A DNA stretch of 32,000 nt from Methylophaga frappieri. GTDB taxonomy: Bacteria > Pseudomonadota > Gammaproteobacteria > Nitrosococcales > Methylophagaceae. Below, piece after piece: positions 1 to 9,280 of this stretch (position 1 is the stretch's first letter; each line of letters begins with the position of its first letter). Made by a program: the position numbers and the translations under genes. Under the pieces are notes generated by a model. The model was not told where the DNA came from, made no database searches, and worked only from the letters and a program-made list of their open reading frames with translations. The stretch lies in NCBI RefSeq assembly GCF_000260965.1, contig NC_017856.1, positions 2,220,001 through 2,252,000 of the forward strand, read 5' to 3'.

Positions 1-75
1 TTCCGAAAGCAGGCCTTCATTTACCAGCCGCCGGGCCAGACCGCTTAATCGAATCGGTACGGATGTATTTGCCAT
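1..75 (-). CDS. PilB/GspE-like type IV pilus assembly ATPase, first 25 codons only (gene runs off the left edge)
   Basis: Not in the ORF track because it is open-ended. The reverse-strand ATG at 75-73 reads MANTSVPIRLSGLARRLVNEGLLSE. This resembles the N-terminal helix of PilB (P. aeruginosa PilB starts MNDSIQLSGLSRQLVQANLLDE, from memory). Too short to separate PilB from other GspE-family ATPases. Confidence 0.4.
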   Translation of the reverse strand, partial: MANTSVPIRLSGLARRLVNEGLLSE

Positions 76-217
76 GACTCGCCGTGATTCCTTAACATAA
101 TGCTGTCGCCGATGCAGCAATAGTAGGGGAGTTAGGCGATAATTTCTAGTTTCTGATTCAAGCAGATAGTTAGGATCGCGTATAGTTTCTGCGATGTCAT
201 TTACCGGGGAAGCACTG

Positions 218-346
218 ATGCAAACATCTTCTGGCTGGCGAACGCTGGCACTTATCCTATGCACGGTTAGTTTACTGACTGCCTGTGGCCAAAAAGGCGA
301 TTTATATCTGCCTGAAGGCAAAGCACAAACAATTGAGGTGGCGTAA
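218..346 (+). CDS. lptM: Small lipoprotein LptM (YifL/LppL family)
   Basis: 42-codon ORF absent from the track: MQTSSGWRTLALILCTVSLLTACGQKGDLYLPEGKAQTIEVA. It has a lipobox (LLTAC) followed by the family signature CGxKGxLYLP. It sits directly upstream of lysA-dapF, as in E. coli (yifL) and Pseudomonas (lppL). An in-frame alternative ATG lies at 194. Confidence 0.7.
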   Translation: MQTSSGWRTLALILCTVSLLTACGQKGDLYLPEGKAQTIEVA

Positions 347-352
347 CAAAGC

Positions 353-1600
353 ATGGCTATTTTTCATTACCACGATGGGGAGCTGTTTGCTGAAAATGTC
401 GCGGTTGCGGCCATCGCGGCGGCGCATGGTACGCCGGCTTATGTTTATTCTCGGGCTGCTTTGGAACAACATTGGCGGGCATTTGATACCGCGTTTGCGG
501 CGCAACCGCATTTGGTGTGCTACGCCGTCAAAGCCAACTCCAATCTGGCTGTTTTAAATGTGCTGGCGCGGCTTGGATCTGGCTTTGATATTGTGTCCGC
601 CGGTGAGTTAGCCCGCGTGCTGGCAGCAGGCGGTGAAGCAGAGCGGACGGTATTTTCTGGCGTGGGTAAAACGGCGGAAGAAATTGCCTATGCCTTAACG
701 GCGAACATCCGCTGTTTTAATGTGGAATCGATTGCCGAACTAGAACGCATTAATCACGTTGCTGGTGAAATGAACAAAGTGGCGCCGGTCTCCATTCGCG
801 TTAACCCAGATGTCGATGCGGGTACACATCCCTATATTTCAACGGGACTCAAAGAAAATAAATTTGGCATTGATATCAATTTGGCACCAGCGGTGTATCA
901 ACAGGCAGCGGCAATGCCCAATCTGGATGTGGTTGGTGTGGATTGTCATATTGGTTCACAACTAACCAGTGTGACGCCATTTGTCGACGCTTTGCAGCGG
1001 GTTTTAGGCTTGATTGATACGCTCGAGCAACAAGGCATTTCCATTCATCATCTGGATATTGGGGGTGGGTTGGGGATTCACTACAAAGATGAAACGCCGC
1101 CGACACCGGCTGCCTACGCAGCAGCGATGCAGTCTCTATTGCAAGGCCGGTCATTGGAGATTTTACTGGAGCCAGGACGCGCTATCGCCGGGAATGCTGG
1201 CTTGTTGGTGACACAAGTAGAATATATCAAGGCAACGGATGAGCGACGGTTTGCGATTGTGGATGCGGCGATGAATGATTTGCTGCGCCCATCGTTATAT
1301 CAATCCTGGATGGCCATTGATCCGGTTCAACCACGTCAGAGTGAGGCGTTAAACTACGACATCGTAGGGCCAGTTTGTGAAACAGGTGATTTTTTGGGTA
1401 AAGACCGCAGCCTGGCAATCGCCCAAGGTGATTTATTGGCAATCCGCTCGGCTGGCGCTTATGGTTTTACGATGAGTTCAAATTATAATTCGCGCCCACG
1501 TGCCCCTGAGATCATGGTCGATGGTGATAGCGTTACTTTGGTTCGTGCGCGTGAGACAATCGAAAGCCTGTTTGCCAATGAGCAGATTTTGCAGGACTAA
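353..1600 (+). CDS. lysA: Diaminopimelate decarboxylase
   Basis: 415-aa ORF with PLP-dependent decarboxylase motifs: VCYAVKANSN (PLP lysine), HIGSQ, EPGRAIAGNAG, CETGD. lptM-lysA-dapF synteny supports the call. Confidence 0.95.
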   Translation: MAIFHYHDGELFAENVAVAAIAAAHGTPAYVYSRAALEQHWRAFDTAFAAQPHLVCYAVKANSNLAVLNVLARLGSGFDIVSAGELARVLAAGGEAERTVFSGVGKTAEEIAYALTANIRCFNVESIAELERINHVAGEMNKVAPVSIRVNPDVDAGTHPYISTGLKENKFGIDINLAPAVYQQAAAMPNLDVVGVDCHIGSQLTSVTPFVDALQRVLGLIDTLEQQGISIHHLDIGGGLGIHYKDETPPTPAAYAAAMQSLLQGRSLEILLEPGRAIAGNAGLLVTQVEYIKATDERRFAIVDAAMNDLLRPSLYQSWMAIDPVQPRQSEALNYDIVGPVCETGDFLGKDRSLAIAQGDLLAIRSAGAYGFTMSSNYNSRPRAPEIMVDGDSVTLVRARETIESLFANEQILQD

Positions 1601-2452
1601 ATGATGTTGAAATTCAGCAAAATGCACGGATTGGGTAATGATTTTGTCGTTATTGATGCGATACACCAAGACATTTCGTTGACAACAGCGCAGGTTCAGT
1701 TTCTGGCGGATCGGCACCGGGGTATTGGTTGCGATCAAGTGTTGCTGGTGGAAAAAAGTCAGCTTGAAAACGTCGATTTTCGTTATCGGATTTTTAATGC
1801 CGATGGTGGAGAAGTGGCGCAATGTGGCAATGGTGCGCGATGTTTTGCCCAATTTGTTCGTGACAAAGGGCTGACCGATAAAGCGACCATTGCGGTAGAA
1901 ACGTCGGCTGGCATTATTTACCCGACATTGCATGCCAATGGCAATATTTCAGTTGATATGGGACAACCGCATTTTTTACCTGCAGAAGTCCCTTTTAGTG
2001 CAGAAGAACCGGCTAACACCTATATGCTGACGGTTGCGCCAGGTGAGCAAATTGAGATTGCGACACTGTCAATGGGTAACCCGCATGCGGTGATCTTGGT
2101 GGATGCGGTCGAGACCGCGCCGGTTGATACGCTGGGACCATCAATTGAATCACATCCACAGTTTCCCGAGCGGGTGAATGTCGGCTTTATGCAGTTGTGT
2201 GATCGGCAGACCATCAAGTTACGGGTTTTTGAGCGTGGCGCCGGTGAGACCAGTGCGTGTGGTACCGGTGCGTGTGCTGCCGTGGTCAGTGGCATTCGGC
2301 GGGGTTTATTAGCGCGCCAAGTCACGGTACAGTTAAAAGGTGGTTCGCTGTTAATCAATTGGCCTGATGATGATGCCAATGTCATCATGACGGGGCCAGC
2401 AACACAGGTGTTTGATGGAGAAATTGCGTGGGCAACCCTGAACCTTCTCTAA
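1601..2452 (+). CDS. dapF: Diaminopimelate epimerase
   Basis: 283-aa ORF starting [19 protein letters not shown] (E. coli DapF starts [17 protein letters not shown]). Both catalytic Cys motifs are present (QCGNGARC and SACGTGACA). It starts directly after the lysA stop. Confidence 0.95.
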   Translation: MMLKFSKMHGLGNDFVVIDAIHQDISLTTAQVQFLADRHRGIGCDQVLLVEKSQLENVDFRYRIFNADGGEVAQCGNGARCFAQFVRDKGLTDKATIAVETSAGIIYPTLHANGNISVDMGQPHFLPAEVPFSAEEPANTYMLTVAPGEQIEIATLSMGNPHAVILVDAVETAPVDTLGPSIESHPQFPERVNVGFMQLCDRQTIKLRVFERGAGETSACGTGACAAVVSGIRRGLLARQVTVQLKGGSLLINWPDDDANVIMTGPATQVFDGEIAWATLNLL

Positions 2453-3132
2453 GCGCTGAACAGGTCAGTGCTTATTTAAAGCAGCATCGAGATTTTCTAA
2501 TCAGTCAGCCTGATGTGCTGCAGGAATTGACCTTGGGGGATAGCCCCGATGGCACGGTGTCATTGGTCCATTTTCAGCGCAAACAGCTGGAACGAAAAAC
2601 GCATCAGCTACAAGAACAACTCAATGCGTTACTCGAAAACGCAGAAAGTAATAATCAGCTCCAGCAACGGGTTAATGCGCTGATCTTGGCACTCATGGAT
2701 TGTCAGGATGGTGAAGCCTTGCTAACCACGCTGGTGACAAAATTACATGAAGAATTTCAGGCGGATGCGGTATCACTGCAAATTTTTAGTCAGGAAACGA
2801 TGCTGACTTTGCCGGATTTGAATGCCAATGTTGCGGTTATTCACCCCGATGATCCTCAGCTGAAAGCGTTTGATCATGTGTTGGCGAATCAGGTGCCGGT
2901 TTGTGGTCGTTTAACCAAAAAGCAAAAGCAAACACTGTTTGGGGAACAGGCCGAATCTGCCAACTCAATCGCCTGTCTGCCATTAGGGCAGAAACCTTGC
3001 GCAGGGTTACTTGCCATTGCCAGTCAGGATGCCAATCGATTTCACGCCGACATGGGGACAGAATATCTGCAATTTCTTGGTGATGTCTTTATGCGGCTGA
3101 TGCGACGGTTTTATTGTGGACAAACAGCCTGA
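2428..3132 (+). CDS. yigA: DUF484 family protein (YigA-like), function unknown
   Basis: 234-aa ORF with a GTG start that overlaps dapF by 25 nt. It occupies the conserved slot between dapF and xerC (E. coli yigA, Pseudomonas DUF484). The N-terminal half looks coiled-coil. Confidence 0.75.
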   Translation: MGNPEPSLSAEQVSAYLKQHRDFLISQPDVLQELTLGDSPDGTVSLVHFQRKQLERKTHQLQEQLNALLENAESNNQLQQRVNALILALMDCQDGEALLTTLVTKLHEEFQADAVSLQIFSQETMLTLPDLNANVAVIHPDDPQLKAFDHVLANQVPVCGRLTKKQKQTLFGEQAESANSIACLPLGQKPCAGLLAIASQDANRFHADMGTEYLQFLGDVFMRLMRRFYCGQTA

Positions 3133-4036
3133 TCTAAATGCGCCGTTACAGCAATTTCTGGATCATCTTGCCCAGCATCGCCGGCTGTCGCAGCATACGG
3201 TCACTAGCTATCAACGTGATTGTCAGCAGCTAAGTCGCTGGTGCCAGCAGCAAAAGATTACACACTGGCAACGTCTTAAACCGGTTGAGTTGCGTCAGTT
3301 TGTTTCAGGATTACATCGGCAGGGTCTATCTGCCAGAACGATTCATCGTCTGCTTTCTGCTGTCCGTAGTTTTTACCGGTATTTAATCCAAATATCGTTG
3401 GTTGATCACAATCCGGCACAATCCGTTCAGGCCCCTAAAACCGAGAAGCGGCTACCGAAAACATTTGATGTGGATCAGGTTTCGGCATTGCTGGATTTAA
3501 CCCCTGATACCACCTTTGTTGCCTGCCGGGATCGCGCCATCATGGAGTTATTTTATTCTTCCGGATTGCGGTTAGCTGAGCTTGCGGCGTTGGATTTGCA
3601 AGATGTCGACTTTGCCGAGCAGCAACTCTGGGTACATGAAGGCAAAGGCGGCAAAGATCGTATTTTGCCAATGGGTAGCAAAGCCATAGCGGCATTAAAA
3701 AACTGGCTTGATAAACGTGAACAGCAGCGGTTGATAACGTCGACCGCATTATTTATTACACAGCAGGGTAGGCGACTGGGCGTGCGTAGCATTCAACAAC
3801 GACTCGCCTACTGGGGTAAAAAGCACGGTTTGTCACAACACGTTCATCCGCACCGGCTAAGGCATGCTTTTGCGTCTCATATGCTGGAATCCAGTGGCGA
3901 TTTGCGAGCGGTTCAGGAGTTATTGGGCCATGCGGATATCAGCACGACGCAAATTTATACTCATGTTGATTTTAATCATCTCGCCAAAGTCTATGATTCG
4001 GCGCATCCGCGTGCCAAGAAGCGTGACCGGTCCTGA
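3116..4036 (+). CDS. xerC: Tyrosine recombinase XerC
   Basis: 306-aa ORF with a GTG start overlapping yigA by 17 nt. Tyrosine-recombinase catalytic residues are visible: GLRLAEL (Arg), HPHRLRHAFASH (HxxR), LLGHADISTTQIYTHV (His, Tyr). dapF-yigA-xerC synteny points to XerC rather than a phage integrase. Confidence 0.9.
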   Translation: MDKQPDLNAPLQQFLDHLAQHRRLSQHTVTSYQRDCQQLSRWCQQQKITHWQRLKPVELRQFVSGLHRQGLSARTIHRLLSAVRSFYRYLIQISLVDHNPAQSVQAPKTEKRLPKTFDVDQVSALLDLTPDTTFVACRDRAIMELFYSSGLRLAELAALDLQDVDFAEQQLWVHEGKGGKDRILPMGSKAIAALKNWLDKREQQRLITSTALFITQQGRRLGVRSIQQRLAYWGKKHGLSQHVHPHRLRHAFASHMLESSGDLRAVQELLGHADISTTQIYTHVDFNHLAKVYDSAHPRAKKRDRS

Positions 4037-4098
4037 GCCGAAGCAATATGCCGACATCAACGTAAAACAGCACATTTGACGATGCGGGAGTCATGAAC

Positions 4099-6813
4099 TC
4101 AATGCGCTTGTTCCCAGCTATCACCGATACCCACACCAACTTCTAGCGGGACTTTTAACGCTGCTGCCTGAGTCATAAATTTTTCGATTTCGCGCTGCGC
4201 CAGTTCAACCTGCGTCTCCGGAACCTCAAAAACCAGTTCATCGTGTACTTGCATAATCATTCGGATACCGGTGTCGGACTCACTCAGCCAATGATGGATA
4301 GCGATCATGGCGCGTTTAATAATGTCTGCGGCACTACCTTGCATTGGCGCATTAATCGCTGTGCGTTCTGCATACTGACGTCGTAAACCATTACTGGAAT
4401 TAATTTCGGGCAAATATAAACGCCGGCCAAAAATGGTCTCAACATAGCCATCTTTTTTGGCTTGTTCACGGGTGTGATTCATATAATCACGTACGCCGGG
4501 ATAACGCTCAAAATAGGTCTCCATGTAACTGGCAGCCTGATGACGCTCGATACCAAGCTGAACAGACAAACCATGTGCAGACATGCCATAAATTAAACCA
4601 AAGTTAATGGCTTTGGCACTGCGTCGTTGATCACTTGTGACGTCTTGCGCTGCCACGGCGAAAATTTCTGAAGCAGTATGCCGATGAATATCTTCACCTT
4701 GCGAAAAAGCAGTCAGCAAACTCTGGTCACTTGATAAATGCGCCATGATGCGCAGTTCAATTTGCGAGTAATCGGCGGCCAGCAATTTGTATTCAGACTC
4801 GGGTACAAAGGCTTCACGAATACGCCGGCCCGTTTCTGTTCGAATAGGAATATTTTGCAAATTAGGATCAGACGACGAAAGTCGACCTGTCGCCGTCACC
4901 GCTTGATGATAGGAGGTATGAATACGACCGGTTTGCTGATTAACCTGTTGCGGCAGCTTGTCGGTATAGGTTGACTTGAGCTTACTCAGACTGCGGTACT
5001 GCATGATGACTTTAGGTAATGGATAGTCTTGATCGGCGAGATCCTGCAGCACATTCTCAGCCGTTGACGGTTGACCTTTGGGGGTTTTTTTCAGAACAGG
5101 CAGACCCTGTTTTTCGTAAAGAATTTCTTGTAATTGTTTCGGTGAACCCAAGTTAAAGGGCTGCTCAGCAAGTTCGTGAGCCTGCTTTTCTAATTGTACG
5201 ATGTCATGTGCCAGCGTATCGCTTTGTTGTTGCAACATGAAAATATCAATATGCACGCCATTGCGTTCCAGTGTGTTTAAAACAGGCAGAAGCGGCATTT
5301 CGAGTTCACGGTAAACGGTTTTCAGTGAGGGAATAGCTTGTATCTTCGGCCACAGTTGCTGGTGAAGTTGCATGGTAATGTCGGCATCTTCACAGGCATA
5401 GGGTACCGCCTGCTCCAAAGCAATCTGATTAAAAGTGAGCTGTTTTTTACCCTTGCCTGCGATATCCTCAAAGTGAATGGTCTTTTGGCCTAAATATTTT
5501 TCGGCAAGCGAGTCCATATCATGTCGGGTTGCCGTACTATCAAGGACATACGATTGCAGCATGGTGTCGTGAGCAATGCCTTGCAAGTCGATATTATGAT
5601 TAAGTAATACATGCCGATCGTATTTCAGATTCTGCCCCAGTTTGAGGATGCGCGCATCTTCCAAAATGGGTTTTAACGTTGCTAATGTCTGATCAAAGTC
5701 CAGCTGATCCGGTGCCCCGGGATAATCATGAGCTAACGGCAAATAAGCCGCTTCACCGGGATGAATGGCAAAGGACAGGCCAACAAGTCGCGCTTCCAGA
5801 TAATTCAGGCTGGTGGTTTCTGTATCAAAGGCAAACAGGTCCGCTTTTTTCAGTCGCTCAAGCCATTCAGACAAGTGTTTTTCGCTGGTAATAACCTGAT
5901 AATCGGTTTTTTGGGATGATTCGGGGGTGTTTGTCGTCATCGCATTGGCCGAACTCTCCGAGGTGATTTCTTGCCGCCAGGTTTTAAATTCATACTGTTC
6001 AAATAATGTTGACAGCGCCTTTAAATCCGGTTGTTTTATCGCCAGTGTATCGAGGTCGACGGGCAAATCGACATCCAGCTTAATCGTCGCCAGATCATAA
6101 GAGCGTGGTAAATCTTGTAAGGCGGCACGGAGCTTTTCACCTAATTTACCTTTTACCTCATTGGCGTTCTCAATAACGCCTTGCAGGCTGTGATATTGAT
6201 TGAGCAATTTACTGGCTGTTTTTGGGCCGACGCTTTCAACCCCCGGAATGTTGTCCACTTTATCGCCCATTAAGGCGAGGTAATCGATGATCTGATCTGG
6301 TTTTAAGCCAAACTTTTCTTTGACAGCGGCAATATCGGTTTTCGTATTGTTCATGGTGTTGACCAGCGTCACGTGCTCGCTGACCAGTTGCGCCATATCT
6401 TTATCGCCAGTTGAAATAACTGTTTCAATACCGTTTTGCGTCGCTTGCCTGGCAAGCGTACCGATGACGTCATCGGCTTCAACACCATCAATAACGAGCA
6501 GCGGTAAGCCCATCGCGGTGACGATGTCGTGTATTGGTGTAACTTGTTCACGCAGATCATCCGGCATGGGCGGGCGGGTCGCTTTGTACTCGCTGTATAA
6601 GTCATGGCGGAAGGTTTTGCCTTTGGCATCAAAAACCACCGCCATTCGTGAAGGCTGATAATCCTTAATGAGTTTACGCAGCATGTTTACGACGCCATAG
6701 ATTGTCCCTGTTGCCTCGCCGGCACTGTTGGTCAATGGCGGCATCGCATGATAGGCGCGATAAAGGTAAGAAGATCCATCGACGAGAATCAGCGGAGCGG
6801 TAGATTGGGTCAT
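4099..6813 (-). CDS. polA: DNA polymerase I
   Basis: 904-aa ORF. It shows a 5'-3' exonuclease N-terminus (LILVDGSSYLYRAYHA), a 3'-5' exo motif (FAFDTETTSL), and polymerase motifs A (LLAADYSQIELRIMAH), B (RRSAKAINFGLIYG) and C (QVHDELVFE). Confidence 0.97.
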   Translation of the reverse strand: MTQSTAPLILVDGSSYLYRAYHAMPPLTNSAGEATGTIYGVVNMLRKLIKDYQPSRMAVVFDAKGKTFRHDLYSEYKATRPPMPDDLREQVTPIHDIVTAMGLPLLVIDGVEADDVIGTLARQATQNGIETVISTGDKDMAQLVSEHVTLVNTMNNTKTDIAAVKEKFGLKPDQIIDYLALMGDKVDNIPGVESVGPKTASKLLNQYHSLQGVIENANEVKGKLGEKLRAALQDLPRSYDLATIKLDVDLPVDLDTLAIKQPDLKALSTLFEQYEFKTWRQEITSESSANAMTTNTPESSQKTDYQVITSEKHLSEWLERLKKADLFAFDTETTSLNYLEARLVGLSFAIHPGEAAYLPLAHDYPGAPDQLDFDQTLATLKPILEDARILKLGQNLKYDRHVLLNHNIDLQGIAHDTMLQSYVLDSTATRHDMDSLAEKYLGQKTIHFEDIAGKGKKQLTFNQIALEQAVPYACEDADITMQLHQQLWPKIQAIPSLKTVYRELEMPLLPVLNTLERNGVHIDIFMLQQQSDTLAHDIVQLEKQAHELAEQPFNLGSPKQLQEILYEKQGLPVLKKTPKGQPSTAENVLQDLADQDYPLPKVIMQYRSLSKLKSTYTDKLPQQVNQQTGRIHTSYHQAVTATGRLSSSDPNLQNIPIRTETGRRIREAFVPESEYKLLAADYSQIELRIMAHLSSDQSLLTAFSQGEDIHRHTASEIFAVAAQDVTSDQRRSAKAINFGLIYGMSAHGLSVQLGIERHQAASYMETYFERYPGVRDYMNHTREQAKKDGYVETIFGRRLYLPEINSSNGLRRQYAERTAINAPMQGSAADIIKRAMIAIHHWLSESDTGIRMIMQVHDELVFEVPETQVELAQREIEKFMTQAAALKVPLEVGVGIGDSWEQAH

Positions 6814-6904
6814 ATTTCACAAAGCCTGTCAGCTGGGCATTCAGATTGCTTTAATCATGCTAACGGAAATGCTATCTTTAGCGAAAACCATCTGGAGCAC
6901 AGCT

Positions 6905-7237
6905 ATGTTGAACAAAATTGCTATTGTAGGCGCACTTGGCGTCTTAGTCACAGTAGCTGTCTGGGCGAACGAAGAAATAATGGATCAGCCACCGCAGTTG
7001 CCTGAACGGATGGAAAGCGGTGACAGTATTGAGCCGGACATCAATATCATCCAAGAAGATGATAGAACAATCGAAGAATACCGGGTCAATGGCCAGTTAT
7101 ATATGGTGAAAGTGACGCCGCTTTTGGGGCCTCCCTATTACCTTATTGACACGGATGGAGATGGCACGTTGGAAAGCCGCAGTCAGGATCAGTTGGATGC
7201 CCCAGCGGTACCAAACTGGATTCTGCTGGAGTGGTAA
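6905..7237 (+). CDS. Secreted DUF2782-like protein
   Basis: The track ORF starts at 6857, but the ATG at 6905 is preceded by TGGAG and gives a signal peptide (MLNKIAIVGALGVLVTVAVWA). The core EEYRVNGQLYMVKVTPLLGPPYYLIDTDGDG, and the position between polA and thrB, match the Pseudomonas DUF2782 gene (PA5494 neighbourhood, from memory). Confidence 0.7.
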   Translation: MLNKIAIVGALGVLVTVAVWANEEIMDQPPQLPERMESGDSIEPDINIIQEDDRTIEEYRVNGQLYMVKVTPLLGPPYYLIDTDGDGTLESRSQDQLDAPAVPNWILLEW

Positions 7238-7259
7238 GACGCTACTGAAGTAAGTTTAC

Positions 7260-8216
7260 ATGTCTGTTTACACTGAAGTCGGGCGTACCGCGCTTGAACA
7301 ATTTCTTGATGATTACGATCTGGGTAAGTTGATTTCCTATCAGGGCATCAGCGCCGGTATCGAAAATACCAATTATTTTGTTACCACCAGCCAAGGTGAA
7401 TTTGTGCTGACCTTGTTTGAGCAGCATGAGTACAGTGAGTTGGCGTATTTTCTGAATGTGATGACGTTTTTCTATCAACAGGGTATTCCGTCAGCCCATC
7501 CTGCTGCTGACAAACAAGGCAATTACCTGAAAAAGTTGGCTGAAAAACCGGCGGCACTGGTTAATCGTCTGGCTGGCGGTACCGTGGATACCTGGTCCAC
7601 ACCAGCACAATGTCAGGCCATTGGTGACAGACTGGGACAGATGCATTTGGCCGGACAGCAGTTTCCATCCAGACGTCCTAATAGTCGAGGGGCGCATTGG
7701 CGTAAAAAGACGGGCAAAGCGTTGATACCGCATCTGGATTCGGCCACAGCCGACATGTTGGCGGCTGAACTCGCATTTCAACAGAATTATGCCGATTTGG
7801 ATTTACCTTGGGGTGTCGTGCACTCTGACCTGTTCCGCGATAATGCCTTGTTTGACGGTGACCAACTGTCCGGTATTATTGATTTTTACTATGCCTGCGA
7901 TGACTATCTGCTTTACGATTTAGCCGTGGCAGTCAATGATTGGTGTGTTGCTGAAAACGGTCTGCTGGAAACAACGCGCTATCAGCGATTAATGCAGGCC
8001 TATATCCAACGCCGCCCCCTGACTGCGGCGGAAATAACGAACTGGAATTTGATGCTTCGTGCTGCTGCATTACGTTTCTGGCTGTCGCGACTTCAAGATC
8101 AACTTTTCCCCAGAGAAGGCGAACTGACCCAAATCAAAAACCCGGATGCGTTTTTGGCCATTTTGCGTCAGCATCAGCAACAGATATTTCCTGCAGATGG
8201 ATTCGCGCCCAGCTGA
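7260..8216 (+). CDS. thrB: Homoserine kinase, APH-fold (Pseudomonas-type ThrB)
   Basis: 318-aa ORF. The N-terminus MSVYTEVGRTALEQFLDDYDLGKL...GIENTNYFV and the catalytic-loop region HSDLFRDNALFDG / IIDFYYACDD closely resemble my recollection of P. aeruginosa ThrB. polA-DUF2782-thrB synteny supports this. Confidence 0.85.
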   Translation: MSVYTEVGRTALEQFLDDYDLGKLISYQGISAGIENTNYFVTTSQGEFVLTLFEQHEYSELAYFLNVMTFFYQQGIPSAHPAADKQGNYLKKLAEKPAALVNRLAGGTVDTWSTPAQCQAIGDRLGQMHLAGQQFPSRRPNSRGAHWRKKTGKALIPHLDSATADMLAAELAFQQNYADLDLPWGVVHSDLFRDNALFDGDQLSGIIDFYYACDDYLLYDLAVAVNDWCVAENGLLETTRYQRLMQAYIQRRPLTAAEITNWNLMLRAAALRFWLSRLQDQLFPREGELTQIKNPDAFLAILRQHQQQIFPADGFAPS

Positions 8217-9253
8217 TGCGTGTCTTAATCATCAAGCTCACCTCAATGGGCGATTTGATGCATGCTTTACCTGCCCTGACTGATGCTGTTCGAGAATTTC
8301 CCGGAATCATCTTTGATTGGGTTGTAGACGAAGCCTTTGCTGAAGTGCCTCAATGGCATCCGGCCATCCGAAATATTATTACTACCTCACATCGGCGCTG
8401 GAAAAAATCGCTTTGGAAGACATTACGCGATGGTGAGTTGCGTCATTTTTATCGGCAACTGAATACAAGCGATTATGATGTCATTGTCGATATGCAGAAT
8501 AACTTGAAGAGTGCGCTGGTCAGTCTGTTAAGGCGTGGACCGGTTGCCGGCTTGGATAAAGCATCGTGTCGGGAACGGCCCGCCCATCTCGCCTATAAAG
8601 TGCCGATCCACGTCAATCCACAACAGCATGCTGTCGAGAGAATGCGCCAAATCATGGCGCAAGCATTGAATTATCCCTCGCCAACGACACCGGCCGATTA
8701 TGCCGCTGACTTTACGAGCTACGCTTTACCTACGCTCGATTTCAGGCTTGCCGATAATTATTTATTGTTTGTTCACAATGCCAGTTGGCTGAGTAAAATG
8801 TGGCCGGTAAAGCATTGGCAAAGACTGGTTTTACTAGCTGTTGAAGCCGGTTATCAGGTACTAATTCCAAGTGGCAATCAGGCAGAGTATTTACGCGCAG
8901 AGCAAATTGCCATGGTGAGTGGTCATGCCTATGCATTGCCTAGATTGTCATTGAATCACATGGCCGCGCTTCTCCAGAATGCTACGGCTGCGATTTGCAG
9001 CGATACCGGATTAGCCCACTTGGCAGCAGTCGCCTCAACGCCAGCACTGACGTTATACGGCTCAACTGATCCGAATTTGATTGGGACTTTTGGCCAGCAT
9101 CAATCGCATTTGGTTAGTGATAAAGCCTGTGTGCCCTGTTATAAACGCGGTTGTCCACGGCCAGAGGCAGAGGCCGGTTTGCCAGTGTGTATGCAAGAAA
9201 TGGCGCCGGAGTCGGTTTGGCATGGACTACAATCGCTTTTACCCGCAAAATAA
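8216..9253 (+). CDS. waaC: LPS heptosyltransferase I (GT9)
   Basis: 345-aa ORF starting MRVLIIKLTSMGDLMHALPALTDA (E. coli WaaC starts MRVLIVKTSSMGDVLHTLPALTDA), with QQHAVERMRQ also conserved. Its ATG overlaps the thrB stop (TGATG). Confidence 0.85.
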   Translation: MRVLIIKLTSMGDLMHALPALTDAVREFPGIIFDWVVDEAFAEVPQWHPAIRNIITTSHRRWKKSLWKTLRDGELRHFYRQLNTSDYDVIVDMQNNLKSALVSLLRRGPVAGLDKASCRERPAHLAYKVPIHVNPQQHAVERMRQIMAQALNYPSPTTPADYAADFTSYALPTLDFRLADNYLLFVHNASWLSKMWPVKHWQRLVLLAVEAGYQVLIPSGNQAEYLRAEQIAMVSGHAYALPRLSLNHMAALLQNATAAICSDTGLAHLAAVASTPALTLYGSTDPNLIGTFGQHQSHLVSDKACVPCYKRGCPRPEAEAGLPVCMQEMAPESVWHGLQSLLPAK

Positions 9254-9280
9254 GCGTTTATCTGCAAACACAATAAACGC

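Noticed and set aside
285-557. 90-aa plus-strand ORF overlapping lptM and the lysA 5' end.
   Set aside because: It is out of frame with both recognisable genes. The lptM lipobox frame and the lysA frame explain the region.
1478-1933. 151-aa minus-strand ORF spanning the lysA/dapF junction.
   Set aside because: It is fully antisense to two strongly conserved genes, its composition is low-complexity and Arg/Ile-rich, and no start context is visible. It is a typical shadow ORF.
3116-4036. Tyrosine recombinase considered as a marker of an integrated mobile element.
   Set aside because: The conserved dapF-yigA-xerC context and XerC-type sequence indicate the housekeeping dif recombinase. I see no att-like repeats or cargo genes.
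7260-8216. APH-fold kinase considered as an aminoglycoside resistance gene.
   Set aside because: End-to-end resemblance to Pseudomonas-type ThrB and conserved polA-DUF2782-thrB synteny argue for homoserine kinase.
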